A stretch of DNA of 64,000 nt from assembly GCA_963792585.1 (NCBI GenBank), contig CAWBWI010000002.1:256001-320000 (forward strand), read 5' to 3'. Position numbers and translations under genes: made by a program. Source of the stretch: Candidatus Eiseniibacteriota bacterium (lineage in GTDB: Bacteria; Eisenbacteria; RBG-16-71-46; CAIMUX01; VGJL01). Below, piece after piece: positions 30,587 to 40,737 of this stretch. The notes below the pieces were generated by a model. That model saw nothing but the letters and a program-made list of their open reading frames with translations. It did not search any database and had not been told where the DNA came from. Each line of letters starts with the position of its first letter. The stretch's first letter is position 1.

Positions 30587-31936
30587 ATGCCCGACCCGAC
30601 CCTCGATGTCCCGACCCCAGCCGACACCGGAGGCAATCCGCCGACGGTCGCAGTCCTGAGCCTGGGGTGCCGCGCCAATCAGGAGGAGATCGAGTGCATC
30701 CTGGGATCGCTCCGGGAGCGGGGCTTCCAGCTCACCGACTTCGGGAAGCCGGCCGACTGGGTCGTGATCAATACCTGCAGCGTCACCCGTGCGGGGGAGT
30801 CCGATGCCCGGCAGATGATCCGCAAGGCGGTCCGTCAATCGGCGGGCGGACGCGTCGTGGTGACCGGCTGCTATGCCCAGATGGACCCGGTCGAGGCCGC
30901 GCGGCTCGGTGCGGATCTCGTGGTCGGCAACGCGGAGAAATGGCGCCTGCCGGACCTACTTGCGTCCGCCGCAGCCGGCACCGAGGCCTGCACCGGGATC
31001 CTCTTCGAGCCCGACCCGACCACCCGGCGTTTCCTGCGCCACGGAAACCGAGCGAGCGGCTACCGGACGCGCGCGGCCCTGAAGATCCAGGACGGTTGCG
31101 ACGAGCGCTGCACCTACTGCATCATCCCCTCGCTGCGGGGGAGGAGCGTGAGCCGCGACCCCGAGGAAGTCCTGGGTGAGGCGCGCACTCTCGTCGCCTC
31201 GGGGCATCCGGAGATCACTCTGACGGGAATCCACTCGGCTTCCTACCGGTGGGAGGGCCGCAATCTCGCCGCGCTTCTCTCGCGCCTCCTCGGAGTCCCG
31301 GGCCTCCAACGGATCCGCATCAACTCCCTCGAGCCGCAATGGGTCGACCCGGAGCTGATCGGCGTGATCGCCTCCTCGCCCCGATTTGCGCGACACCTGC
31401 ACCTGCCGCTCCAGAGCGGAGACGCAGGCGTGTTGAAGCGGATGGGGCGCGGCTATTCGCCGGACGATTACCTCAGGGTCGTCGAACGCGCCCGGCAGGA
31501 AATTCCCGGCATTGCGATCGGGGCCGATGTGATGGTCGGTTTCCCGGGGGAGGACGAGGCCGCGTTCGAGAGGACGGCCGCCCTACTGGAAACGGCTCGT
31601 CCCGCGTACCTCCATGTCTTTCCCTACTCGCCGCGAAGGGAGACCGCGGCCCTGCGCCTCCCCGGCGGGGTCGATCCGCGCACGGCCCGCGCACGAGCCG
31701 CACGGCTCGCCCGCCTCGATCGCGACCTGCGGGCGAGCTTCCTGCGGGAGAGCGACGGTGAGGAGCACGAGATCTTGCTCGAGGCGAAGCGGGACCCGCA
31801 AGGGCGCCTCTCGGGGCTGACGGACACGTTCATCCGCGTGGTGGTCGTCACCGATCGGCCGGCGGGCTCATGGGTCCGTGTCCGGCTGTGCTGGACCGGG
31901 GACCCCCGGCAGATGGTCGGGGAGATCCTTCCATGA
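30587..31936 (+). CDS. mtaB: tRNA t6A37 methylthiotransferase
   Basis: LGCRANQEE, INTCSVT, VTGCYAQ, RTRAALKIQDGCDERCTYC, HVFPYSPR. Confidence 0.9.
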   Translation: MPDPTLDVPTPADTGGNPPTVAVLSLGCRANQEEIECILGSLRERGFQLTDFGKPADWVVINTCSVTRAGESDARQMIRKAVRQSAGGRVVVTGCYAQMDPVEAARLGADLVVGNAEKWRLPDLLASAAAGTEACTGILFEPDPTTRRFLRHGNRASGYRTRAALKIQDGCDERCTYCIIPSLRGRSVSRDPEEVLGEARTLVASGHPEITLTGIHSASYRWEGRNLAALLSRLLGVPGLQRIRINSLEPQWVDPELIGVIASSPRFARHLHLPLQSGDAGVLKRMGRGYSPDDYLRVVERARQEIPGIAIGADVMVGFPGEDEAAFERTAALLETARPAYLHVFPYSPRRETAALRLPGGVDPRTARARAARLARLDRDLRASFLRESDGEEHEILLEAKRDPQGRLSGLTDTFIRVVVVTDRPAGSWVRVRLCWTGDPRQMVGEILP

Positions 31937-33299
31937 GAACCGATGCCCGCCCCCGAATCTATCTCGAGACCTACGGCTGCCAGATGAACGAGGCCGACAC
32001 CGAGATGATGATCGGCCTGCTCGGCGAGGCTGGGTGGGAAGTCAGTCCGGAGCCGGCCGTCGCGGACGTCATCCTCCTGAACACCTGCGCCGTTCGCGAA
32101 AGGGCGGAAGAGCGAATTGCCGGTCGAGTCAAGGCGCTCGCCCGATTGAAGCGCTACCGACCCGACCTTCGGATCGGCCTTGCCGGCTGTATGGCGCGGC
32201 ATCTCGGCGAAGGGGTTCTCGAGAAGCTTCCGGAGGTCGACATCCTGGTCGGGCCGGACTCGTATCGCCGTCTCGCGGAGATCCTGGCGCGCACCGACGA
32301 GGGGCCCCTCGTTGATCTGACCCTCGATAAACAGGAGAGGTACGAGGGAATCGCGCCTTCGCGCCCCGGCGCCCTCCACTCGTGGGTTCCGATCATGCGC
32401 GGCTGCGACCGGTTCTGCACCTTCTGTGTCGTTCCTCTCGTGCGCGGTCGGGAGAAGAGCCTTCCCGCGGCCGAGTTGGTCCGGCAGATCGAGGACCTCG
32501 TGGAGGAAGGGACGATCGCCGTGACCCTGCTTGGGCAGACGGTCAACTCCTACCATGACGGCGAGGTCGACTTCGGCAGATCTGCTCGACCGGATCGCCC
32601 AGATCCCCGGCCTCGCGAGGATCCGGTTCACTTCTCCGCACCCTGCGGACTTCACGCGTGAGGTTTTCGAAGTGATGGCCTCCCATCCGAATCTGTGCAA
32701 GCACATCCACCTGCCCGTGCAGAGCGGGTCGACCCGGCTGCTCGAGTCGATGAAGCGAGGGCACACGCGGGGCGATTTCCTCGAGCTCGTCGCGACGCTC
32801 CGCGGAATTATCCCCGAGATAGCGCTGACGACCGATCTCATGACCGGCTTCCCGGGCGAGACTCGGGAGGATTTCGAGGAGACCCTCTCGCTGATGCGCG
32901 AGGTCCGCTTCGACGGCGCCTTCCTTTTCCGCTACTCGCCGAGGCCGGGGACCTACGCGTACCGGCGTCAGGCCGACGATGTACCCGACCCCGAGAAGGC
33001 GCGCAGGCTCGAAGAGATGATCTCCCTGCAGGAGCAGATCTCGGCCGAGCGCTACGCGGCCTGGATCGGCCGCGAGGTCGAGGTTTTGCCCGAGGGGCCC
33101 GCCCGCAGGGATCCGGCTAGTCTCCGGGGGAAGTAGCGACGACTTCAAGACGGTGATCTTCCCCGCGGATGCGTTGCCGCTCGGAGCGCTCCGGCGTGTC
33201 ACGATCGCGCGCGCGACTTCGCACACGCTGATCGCTCACGGCGTCGAGACCCATACCGGCGAGGACCTCCTCGCGGAGCTTCCGAACGTCGAAGGCTGA
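31933..33299 (+). CDS. miaB: tRNA i6A37 methylthiotransferase; two +1 frameshifts in this sequence
   Basis: ETYGCQMNEAD, NTCAVRERAE, RGCDRFCTFCVVP, LLGQTVNSY, RIRFTSPHP, YSPRPGT; extra bases near 32575 and 33134; TRAM-like tail ends at TGA 33299. Confidence 0.92.
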
Positions 33300-33308
33300 G
33301 TCGTTCGC

Positions 33309-33935
33309 CTACCGGTAAAGCGGATCGATGGACGCACCGTCCTGCGGGAGCGCCTCGCTTCGAACCGGCAAGTAGCGATACCAGCGCCGCACCGCAAAGA
33401 GGATCACGCAGACCCCTGCCACGATCTGGAAGGTGAGCAAGATCATCTCCGTCCCGATCATTCGGTTGAACGCGAGGCGGGTCGGATCGTCGGCGGCAAG
33501 TGCGTCGAGGGGACCCGCGAGGCCGGCGAGAAGGGACTTGATCCGCGGCGTGAGCATGAGCTGCGAGCCCACCGAGGCGGCCGTCATGGTGACCAGGAGT
33601 CCCGTCTGCGCGAGCGTGGTTCGGGTCTCGCGGAGCGACAGCAGGTGCATCAGCAGGGTCGTGAGCAACAGCAACGCGCCGGCGCCGCAACCGAGAAACG
33701 CGGACTCCTCGAGGATGGCCAGGATCGCTTGCGCGGCGAGTTCGCGGCTCGGCAGGGTCGAGATCAGAACGGGGAAACCGACCAGGGCGAAACCCGCAAG
33801 CGAGCCCACCCAGATCATCAGCACGAGCGCGTGGGTGAATTCGAGGACGGTCAGGCCCAGGTTCGTCCTGCGGATCCTCGGGAAGAGAATGACCTTGCCG
33901 CCCTCCGCGGGGCGCGCGGGTCCGTTGCCTGCCAA
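33309..33935 (-). CDS. Four-TM membrane protein, DUF4149/TMEM205-like
   Basis: GAGGAGG RBS before TTG 33935; WVGS...P...SRELA and LTPRI...FNR pattern. Confidence 0.6.
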   Translation of the reverse strand: MAGNGPARPAEGGKVILFPRIRRTNLGLTVLEFTHALVLMIWVGSLAGFALVGFPVLISTLPSRELAAQAILAILEESAFLGCGAGALLLLTTLLMHLLSLRETRTTLAQTGLLVTMTAASVGSQLMLTPRIKSLLAGLAGPLDALAADDPTRLAFNRMIGTEMILLTFQIVAGVCVILFAVRRWYRYLPVRSEALPQDGASIDPLYR

Positions 33936-34060
33936 GTCGTGTCCTCCTCGGCCCCCCTTGGCCGGTAAGTATATCGGCCGAAAAGCGCAGTTCACAACAG
34001 TTCCAATGCTGGTCGATGCGGGTTGACCCCCGGAGGGCAGGGGTGAAATGATTGCCGGTC

Positions 34061-35290
34061 ATGGAAAGCTGGATTTACCTCGACAATGCCGCAACCACCC
34101 CGATCGACCCGAGGGTCCTCGAGGCGATGATGCCGTACCTTACCGACCGTTTCGGCAACGCCGCGAGCCACAGCCATGCCTTCGGCTGGGAGGCGGAGGA
34201 GGCGGTCGAAGGGGCTCGCAAGCAGATCTCCCGCCTGATCAACGTCAACGCGCGCGAGATATTCTTCACGAGCGGGGCGACCGAGTCGAACAACATGGCC
34301 ATCAAGGGGGTTGCGGCGGCGTACCGGGCCAAGGGCAACCACATCATCACGACGGCGATCGAGCACAAGGCCGTCCTCGACGTCTGCCAAGTTCTCGAAA
34401 AGCAGGGGATCGAGACGACCTACCTGCCCGTAGATCGCAAGGGCCTCCTCGACCCCGAGGCGGTGCGGGCTGCAATTCGGGAATCGACGATCCTGGTCTC
34501 GGTCATCCATGCGAACAACGAAATCGGAGTGATTCAGGACGTCGCGGCGATCGGGAATATCTGCAAGGATCGTGGGGTGATTTTCCACACCGATGCGGTC
34601 CAGGCGATCGGCAAGATCCCCTTCGATGCGCAGGCGATCTCCGCCGACCTCGTCTCTCTGTCGGGCCACAAGATCTATGGGCCGAAGGGGGTCGGCGCCC
34701 TCTTCGTCCGGCGCAAGAACCCGAGGGTCGCGCTGGCACCCTTGATCGATGGGGGAGGGCACGAAGCGGGCCTGCGTTCCGGCACCCTCAATGTGCCCGG
34801 GATCGTCGGTCTCGGCCGGGCGTGCGAACTCTCTCGGCTCGAGATGCCGGAGGAGGCGCCGCGGCTCGCCGCGATGCGCGATCGGCTCCGCGAGTCGATC
34901 CTCGCGCGCCTCGAGGAGGTCAGCGTCAACGGCGATATCGAGCGCCGCCTCCCGGGCAATCTCAATCTGAGCTTTTCGTACGTCGAGGGCGAGGCTTTGA
35001 TGATGAGCCTGAAGGGAATTGCCGTCTCGAGCGGCAGCGCATGCACGTCGGCGAGTCTCGAACCCTCCCACGTGCTCAAGGCCCTCGGGGTGAGCGAGGA
35101 ACTCGCCCATGCATCGATCCGATTCAGCCTCGGCCGGTTCAACACCGCAACCGAGATCGAGCGGGTCGCCGACACGGTTGTTGAGAAGGTCGGACGCCTC
35201 CGCCAGCTCTCGCCCCTCTATGAGATGGTGCGGGAAACGGCGGCGCGCGCTCCGAAGGATGGGACCCAAACCGGGCGTCCGCGCCCGTGA
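34061..35290 (+). CDS. iscS: Cysteine desulfurase
   Basis: [60 protein letters not shown]. Confidence 0.96.
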   Translation: MESWIYLDNAATTPIDPRVLEAMMPYLTDRFGNAASHSHAFGWEAEEAVEGARKQISRLINVNAREIFFTSGATESNNMAIKGVAAAYRAKGNHIITTAIEHKAVLDVCQVLEKQGIETTYLPVDRKGLLDPEAVRAAIRESTILVSVIHANNEIGVIQDVAAIGNICKDRGVIFHTDAVQAIGKIPFDAQAISADLVSLSGHKIYGPKGVGALFVRRKNPRVALAPLIDGGGHEAGLRSGTLNVPGIVGLGRACELSRLEMPEEAPRLAAMRDRLRESILARLEEVSVNGDIERRLPGNLNLSFSYVEGEALMMSLKGIAVSSGSACTSASLEPSHVLKALGVSEELAHASIRFSLGRFNTATEIERVADTVVEKVGRLRQLSPLYEMVRETAARAPKDGTQTGRPRP

Positions 35291-35306
35291 AGAGGAATCG
35301 ATAGAG

Positions 35307-35636
35307 ATGACGATCGAACTGACCGAAGCCGCGGTCACCGCGGTCAAGCAAGCAATGGAAGAGGAGAAGGCTCCCGCCGAGACCTACCTCCGCATCGGCG
35401 TGCGCGCGGGCGGCTGCTCCGGGTATTCCTATGTCCTCGCATTCGAGGGCGCGGCCCAGGCCGATGACACGGTGATCGAGAAGGACGGGGTGCGGGTCCT
35501 GATCGACCCGAAGAGCGAGATGATCCTCGCCGGCACGACCCTGGACTACTCGAGCGGCCTGAACGGGCAAGGGTTCGTCTTCAGCAACCCGAACGCCACG
35601 GGCGGTTGCGGGTGCGGGAGTTCGTTCACGGTCTAG
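35307..35636 (+). CDS. iscA: A-type Fe-S carrier (HesB/IscA)
   Basis: GGCSGYSY and NPNATGGCGCGSSF. Confidence 0.93.
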   Translation: MTIELTEAAVTAVKQAMEEEKAPAETYLRIGVRAGGCSGYSYVLAFEGAAQADDTVIEKDGVRVLIDPKSEMILAGTTLDYSSGLNGQGFVFSNPNATGGCGCGSSFTV

Positions 35637-35860
35637 CCGGGACGGACCTGCGCACAGGTCTAGAGGGACGTTCGTCCGCACGATCGCACCGGGCGGGGAC
35701 GTCCCTCGCGATTTTGCGCGCGGCAGCGCCTTCTGTGACCTGGAGGTCGTGTTTGAGAGCCGCACCCGGAAGCCCCACTCGTGAACGGCGCCCGGAGACC
35801 GTCCCCGGAAACCGCGTGCAATGCGCGTGGAAACCGCCTGGAACCAAGGCGGGTGAAATT

Positions 35861-35869
35861 TGGTACAAT
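35861..35869 (+). promoter_or_regulatory. Extended -10 element upstream of the lipoprotein triplet
   Basis: TGGTACAAT, 46 nt before ATG 35916. Confidence 0.45.
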
Positions 35870-35915
35870 CGATGCGGCCCGTTCCGGCAATAGACCCCTA
35901 ACGCGGAGGTCGCTC

Positions 35916-36554
35916 ATGCGCTCTTGGCCGCTCCTGATTGCTGTGCCTCTGGTCCTGTTCCTGGGCTGTGCTTCGGATTCGAACGAGAAGGAACCGGACC
36001 CGGATCCGTCCCTATACGTGCCGCAGACGAGCATCCCCAACGTCCTCGCGAACCTGATGCGGGGCTACGAGGAAAAGAACTACGGGGAGTACCGAAAGCT
36101 CCTCGACGCGCCCTTTGAGTACGTCTTTGCTCCCCAGGATGTCGGCGGACCAAACAACATCCCGGGCTCGTGGGGGCTCGCGGACGAGCTGACGAGCGCG
36201 AACAACTTGTTTAGTGGTCTGCCAAATCGGGACAACTACTGGGCTGATACGATCAAGCTCGCCTTCACGGCGGGCGCCGACACCCCCACGGATTTGAACC
36301 CGAACTGGCGGAAGGTTGTCCTCTCGAACGTGAACCTCGAGATCGAGAGCAGGGAGATGACGAGTTCGGATCCTCTGACCTACCAGGTCATCGGGGACAA
36401 GGCGGAGCTGTACTTCGTGCAGACGGACGAGACGGCGCCGGGGACGGATTTGCGTATCTGGAAGATCGTCCGGTGGGTGGACAAGCCGTTCACCCTGCAG
36501 GCCGGTAAGACGAATAGCACCACCTGGGGCTCGATCCGGGGTCTCTATCGCTGA
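35916..36554 (+). CDS. Lipoprotein paralogue 1 with TWG tail
   Basis: GGAGGT RBS; lipobox FLG-C; ends TWGSIRGLYR; core may be NTF2/SnoaL-like (YxEYRxLL...F...WKIVRW). Confidence 0.8.
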   Translation: MRSWPLLIAVPLVLFLGCASDSNEKEPDPDPSLYVPQTSIPNVLANLMRGYEEKNYGEYRKLLDAPFEYVFAPQDVGGPNNIPGSWGLADELTSANNLFSGLPNRDNYWADTIKLAFTAGADTPTDLNPNWRKVVLSNVNLEIESREMTSSDPLTYQVIGDKAELYFVQTDETAPGTDLRIWKIVRWVDKPFTLQAGKTNSTTWGSIRGLYR

Positions 36555-36600
36555 GCGCGGGCGGAATCTCCGACCCGGCTACCGAATCACGGAGGCATCG

Positions 36601-37242
36601 ATGCGAACGAGAGTCCTGCCTTTCTTGCTCCTCACGGTGATCCTCGCCGGGGGATGTGCGTCGGATTCGAAGAAGAAGGAACCGGACCCGGATCCGTCGC
36701 TCTACCTGTCTCAGACGAGCATCGCGAATGTCCTGGCGAACATGACCCGCGCCTACGAAGAGATGAACTACGAGGAGTACCGAAAGCTCCTGCATGTCTC
36801 CTTCGTCTACATCTTCGCGCCGCAGGACATCGGCGGGAACAACAACATCCCTTCGAGTTGGGGACTCCCGGACGATCTGTTGAGCGCGGCCCACATGTTC
36901 GGTCACGAGGTCAACCGTGACGGCTATGTCGCCGAATCGATCACACTCACCTTCGCGGCAAGTCCCGACGACTCGACCGATCTGGGGCCGAACTGGCGAA
37001 AGGTCGTTCTCTCCAACGTCAACCTGGAGGTCCTCAGCCGGTACGAAACGAGCGGCGACTATTTGATCTACCAGGTTCTCGGTGACAAAGCGGACCTCTA
37101 CCTCGTGGAGACCGCAGAGACCGCGCCGGGCACGAGTCAGCGCATCTGGAAAATCATCCGGTGGGAGGACAAGCCGATCTCCTATGGCGCCGCGATGACT
37201 CAGGGCGCCACCTGGGGGCTGATCAAGGCTGCCTTTCACTAG
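36601..37242 (+). CDS. Lipoprotein paralogue 2 with TWG tail
   Basis: Lipobox AGG-C; clearly homologous to both neighbours; ends TWGLIKAAFH. Confidence 0.8.
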   Translation: MRTRVLPFLLLTVILAGGCASDSKKKEPDPDPSLYLSQTSIANVLANMTRAYEEMNYEEYRKLLHVSFVYIFAPQDIGGNNNIPSSWGLPDDLLSAAHMFGHEVNRDGYVAESITLTFAASPDDSTDLGPNWRKVVLSNVNLEVLSRYETSGDYLIYQVLGDKADLYLVETAETAPGTSQRIWKIIRWEDKPISYGAAMTQGATWGLIKAAFH

Positions 37243-37278
37243 GCACCAAGTCCTGCGGACGGGAATACGGAGGCATCG

Positions 37279-37914
37279 ATGCGAACGCGAATGCTGGTGA
37301 TATCGCTCTTCATCATGATGTTTGCCGCGGGCTGTCCCTCGGATTCGAAGAAGGAGACGGGGCACACCCCGCTGGAACTCCAGCCGACCAGCATCACCAA
37401 CCTCCTGACCATCTTCACAGGCGCCTACCGGGGGCGGAATTACGATGAGTACCGCAACCTCTTCGACGACGCCTTCGTCTATGTCTTCGCCCCCCAGGAT
37501 ATCGGCGGGCCGAACAACATCCCGGCTGAATGGAGCCTGACCGAGGATATGCTGAGCACGCAGCACATGTTTGCGGACGCAGTAAATCGAGACGGCTATC
37601 GGACTGAACAAATCCACCTCACCTTCACGCCGGGCGCCGACACCGCAACCGACCTGAACCCGGATTGGCGGAAGGTCGTTCTCGCCAACGTCAACCTGGA
37701 GGTCGCGGCGCTAGAAGGAACAAGCAATGATCCCATGACTTACCAAGTCATCGGGGACAAGGCGAACCTCTACTTCGTCCAGACGGACGAGACCGTGCCG
37801 GGAACGGATCTGCGCATCTGGAAGATCGTCCGGTGGGAGGACAGGCCGATCTCTCTGGCAAGCGCGATGAGCCGGAATGTGACTTGGGGGCTGATCAAGG
37901 CCAACTGGAGGTAG
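37279..37914 (+). CDS. Lipoprotein paralogue 3 with TWG tail
   Basis: Lipobox AAG-C; ends TWGLIKANWR; shares 21 nt ACGGAGGCATCGATGCGAACG around the start with paralogue 2 (36589-36609 and 37267-37287). Confidence 0.8.
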   Translation: MRTRMLVISLFIMMFAAGCPSDSKKETGHTPLELQPTSITNLLTIFTGAYRGRNYDEYRNLFDDAFVYVFAPQDIGGPNNIPAEWSLTEDMLSTQHMFADAVNRDGYRTEQIHLTFTPGADTATDLNPDWRKVVLANVNLEVAALEGTSNDPMTYQVIGDKANLYFVQTDETVPGTDLRIWKIVRWEDRPISLASAMSRNVTWGLIKANWR

Positions 37915-37915
37915 C

Positions 37916-38332
37916 GTGGAGCCGTTCGCCTACACCGTGCCCGTTCGTTTCCATGAAGTCGATTCCGCCGGTATCGTCTTCTTCGCGCGGATCTTCCAGT
38001 ACCATCACGATGCCTACGAGGCGTGGGTCCGCGCGATCGGTTGGCCCCTCGACCCCACGATCTGGGAGCGCGGCTACGGCCTTCCCCTCGTGCATGCGGA
38101 GGCCGATTTCTCCGCCCCGATCCGGCTGGGGCAGGAGGTCCGGATCCGTCTGCGGCCGACCGCGGTCGGAACGAAATCGATGACGGTTCGATCCGAGTTG
38201 CACGGCCCCGATGATGCGCGGCTCGCCGTCGTGACGACCGTTCACTGTTGCGTGGACCCGAAGTCGAAGCAGCCGATTCCTTTGCCGGAAGGGCTGCGAA
38301 AGGCGATCGAGGCCTACCTGCCGCCGGCGTAG
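37916..38332 (+). CDS. Hot-dog acyl-CoA thioesterase (4HBT/YbgC-like), candidate DHNA-CoA hydrolase
   Basis: VRFHEVDSAGIVFF and PLVHAEADFSAP; abuts the men operon. Confidence 0.8.
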   Translation: MEPFAYTVPVRFHEVDSAGIVFFARIFQYHHDAYEAWVRAIGWPLDPTIWERGYGLPLVHAEADFSAPIRLGQEVRIRLRPTAVGTKSMTVRSELHGPDDARLAVVTTVHCCVDPKSKQPIPLPEGLRKAIEAYLPPA

Positions 38333-39721
38333 CGCGCGCGGATCCCCGCCCGATCGGGCTTGCCGTTCGAGAGGCGGGGAATTTCGTCCGCGAAGACGAT
38401 CCGCGGGATCTTGTACCGGGCGATCCGCTCCTCCAGGAATCGCTCCAGGACGCCGGTTTCGGGCGGCGTTCCTCGGAGAACCACCACCGCAAGGGGACGT
38501 TGTCCCCACTCCGGATCGTCGATCCCGATGACCATGAGATCGGCCACGGCCGCGTGCTTTCGCAGGTGCGCCTCGATCTCGGCCGGATAGATATTCTCCC
38601 CGCCGGAGACGATCAGATCATCCCGCCGCGCGACGACATGAAGGCACCCCTCAGCGTCGAGGCGGCCGATGTCGCCGGTGCGAAGCCAGCCGTCATGGAT
38701 CGCGGCGCGCGTTGCCGTCCGCTCGCGCAGATATCCCTTCATCACGACCGGCCCGCGGACCTCGATCGATCCTTCGGTTTCCGCGGGCAGTTCCGCGCTC
38801 GCTTCGTCCACGATCCGGATGCGGACGCCGGGGAGGGGCCTCCCCGCGCTGTGGCGCTCCCCGCGCGATGCGTCCGGTGAGACGAGCGTCGCCATCGAGC
38901 AGCTCTCAGTGAGGCCGTAACTCGCCAGCACCGCGGGATGGGCCTCGATCAGATCGTCGCCGACCGGCCCGCCGCCCGCCACGATCGCACGCAGGCTGGG
39001 CGGAAAGGGGCGGCGGTCCCGCGCGTCGATCACACGACGGAGCATCGTCTCGACGAGGGAGACGATGGTCACCCCTTCCTCGTCGATCGCCTGGCCGACC
39101 GCATCGGGAGCGAACGCATCGTGCAGGATGATGTCGGTCCCGGTCTTGAAGACAGCGATGAACGATGTTGAGGCCGCCGACGTGGAAGAGGGGCATGCAG
39201 AGCAGCCAGCGATCGCCGGGACGCACCCCGAGCGCGCGGGCGCTCGCTCGGGCGTGGGCGCGGTGATTGCCGATGGTGAGGACCGCCGCCTTTGGATGCC
39301 CCGTCGTGCCGGAGGTGAAGAGAATCGTACGGGGCCTGGCGCGATCGAAGGAGGGACGCGGCGAAGGGGCCGGCCTCCCCGCGTCAAAGGCATCGTCCAT
39401 CGAATGGGCATTGGCCGGCGCCTGCGCGAGATGCCCTGCAGCCGCGAAGAGCCTGACTACCTTCGCGCGTTCGACCTGCCATGCGATCTCCTCCGGTCCG
39501 AGCCGGGGGCTCAGGGGGACGAGGACGGCGCCGATCCTTGCGACAGCCCACGCCAGAGCGATCCAGTCAAGGCTGTTGGCGCCGAGGATCCCGACGGCTT
39601 CTCTCTCCCGTACCCGCATGCGGCCGAGCCCGGCGATCGCCGCCTCGATCCGCTCCTCGGTTTCCTGCGGGGCGACCCATCGCCCGCGCCAGTGGATGCG
39701 CGGGGCGCTCTCCGTTCTCAT
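38314..39721 (-). CDS. menE: o-succinylbenzoate--CoA ligase; one frameshift near 39150
   Basis: [48 protein letters not shown] and NGKPDR in two frames; last gene of the men operon. Confidence 0.9.
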
Positions 39722-40737
39722 CTGCCCGGTTCCATCGCGATCTCGACCCCAAGTCCCGGCGAGGCCGGCAGGCGCATCATTCCGCGGACGGGGACCGCGA
39801 GGCCGCGCACGGGATTCTCAGCAAGGTTGGTCGCCGTGGCGAGGCCGTGCGCCCGCTCGTTGCCGGGAAGGGCGCAGGCCACGTGGAGTGCGGCGGCGAT
39901 TCCAACGGGGGTGTCGAGGATCGAGGTCACGACGATGCCGATCCCTTCATCCGACGCCTGGCGCGCGATCGCGAACGCCGCGCGCACCCCGATCGCCATC
40001 GGTTTGAGCACGATCAGGTCGGCGGAGTGTGAGCGGATCAAGCGCCGCGCGTCGTCAATGCTCCGGATCGACTCGTCCGCGGCGATCGGGATTCCGCTTC
40101 CGTTGCGGACATAGGAGAGTTCGCCGTCGATCGGCTCCTCGATATACTCGATCCCGTAGCGCTCGAAGCGTCGCAGCGCCAGGAGCGCGGTCTCGAGCTT
40201 CCACCGGCGGTTGGCGTCGAGCCTCAGGCGCACGTCCGGGCCGACCGCCTCCCGGACGGCGGCGATCCTCTTCTCGTCCTTCAGGTACGAGGTCGAGCCG
40301 ACCTTGAGCTTCAGAGTTTCGTAGCCGTGGGCGACTGCCCGCACCGCCTCTTCCGCCGCCTTGGCGGGGATCGTCTCGAGGAGGAGCAGGTTGCATGCGA
40401 CGGCCGCGAGGGGTTCGGGCGTAAACGTCTCTGCGAGCCTTCGGCCGTCGCGGCGACACTCGAGGTCCAGCCGCGCGAGGTCCCCCCCGATCCGCACGAA
40501 GGGGGATGAGCGCATGAGCCGTGGGACGTCGGAGTCGATCCGGCGCCTGAACTCGATATCCGCGATCGAGCGGGTCATCTCTTCGGGCATCGGCGCGGCT
40601 TCGCCGTAGCCCTGATTGCCGTCCGCATCCATCGCGAGGATCCAGTAGCCGCGCCGTGTGCGGTAGACCCCTCGGGACGTGGCCACGGGCCGCCGAAACG
40701 GGATCGCGTAGGGGATCATCCGATACCGGATGGTCAC
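39718..40737 (-). CDS. menC: o-succinylbenzoate synthase
   Basis: [42 protein letters not shown] start overlaps the menA stop. Confidence 0.88.
   Translation of the reverse strand: MTIRYRMIPYAIPFRRPVATSRGVYRTRRGYWILAMDADGNQGYGEAAPMPEEMTRSIADIEFRRRIDSDVPRLMRSSPFVRIGGDLARLDLECRRDGRRLAETFTPEPLAAVACNLLLLETIPAKAAEEAVRAVAHGYETLKLKVGSTSYLKDEKRIAAVREAVGPDVRLRLDANRRWKLETALLALRRFERYGIEYIEEPIDGELSYVRNGSGIPIAADESIRSIDDARRLIRSHSADLIVLKPMAIGVRAAFAIARQASDEGIGIVVTSILDTPVGIAAALHVACALPGNERAHGLATATNLAENPVRGLAVPVRGMMRLPASPGLGVEIAMEPGR

Noticed and set aside
32570..33140. Programmed frameshifting or stop readthrough in miaB
   Set aside because: No slippery heptamer; single extra bases match the error pattern seen elsewhere in the window.
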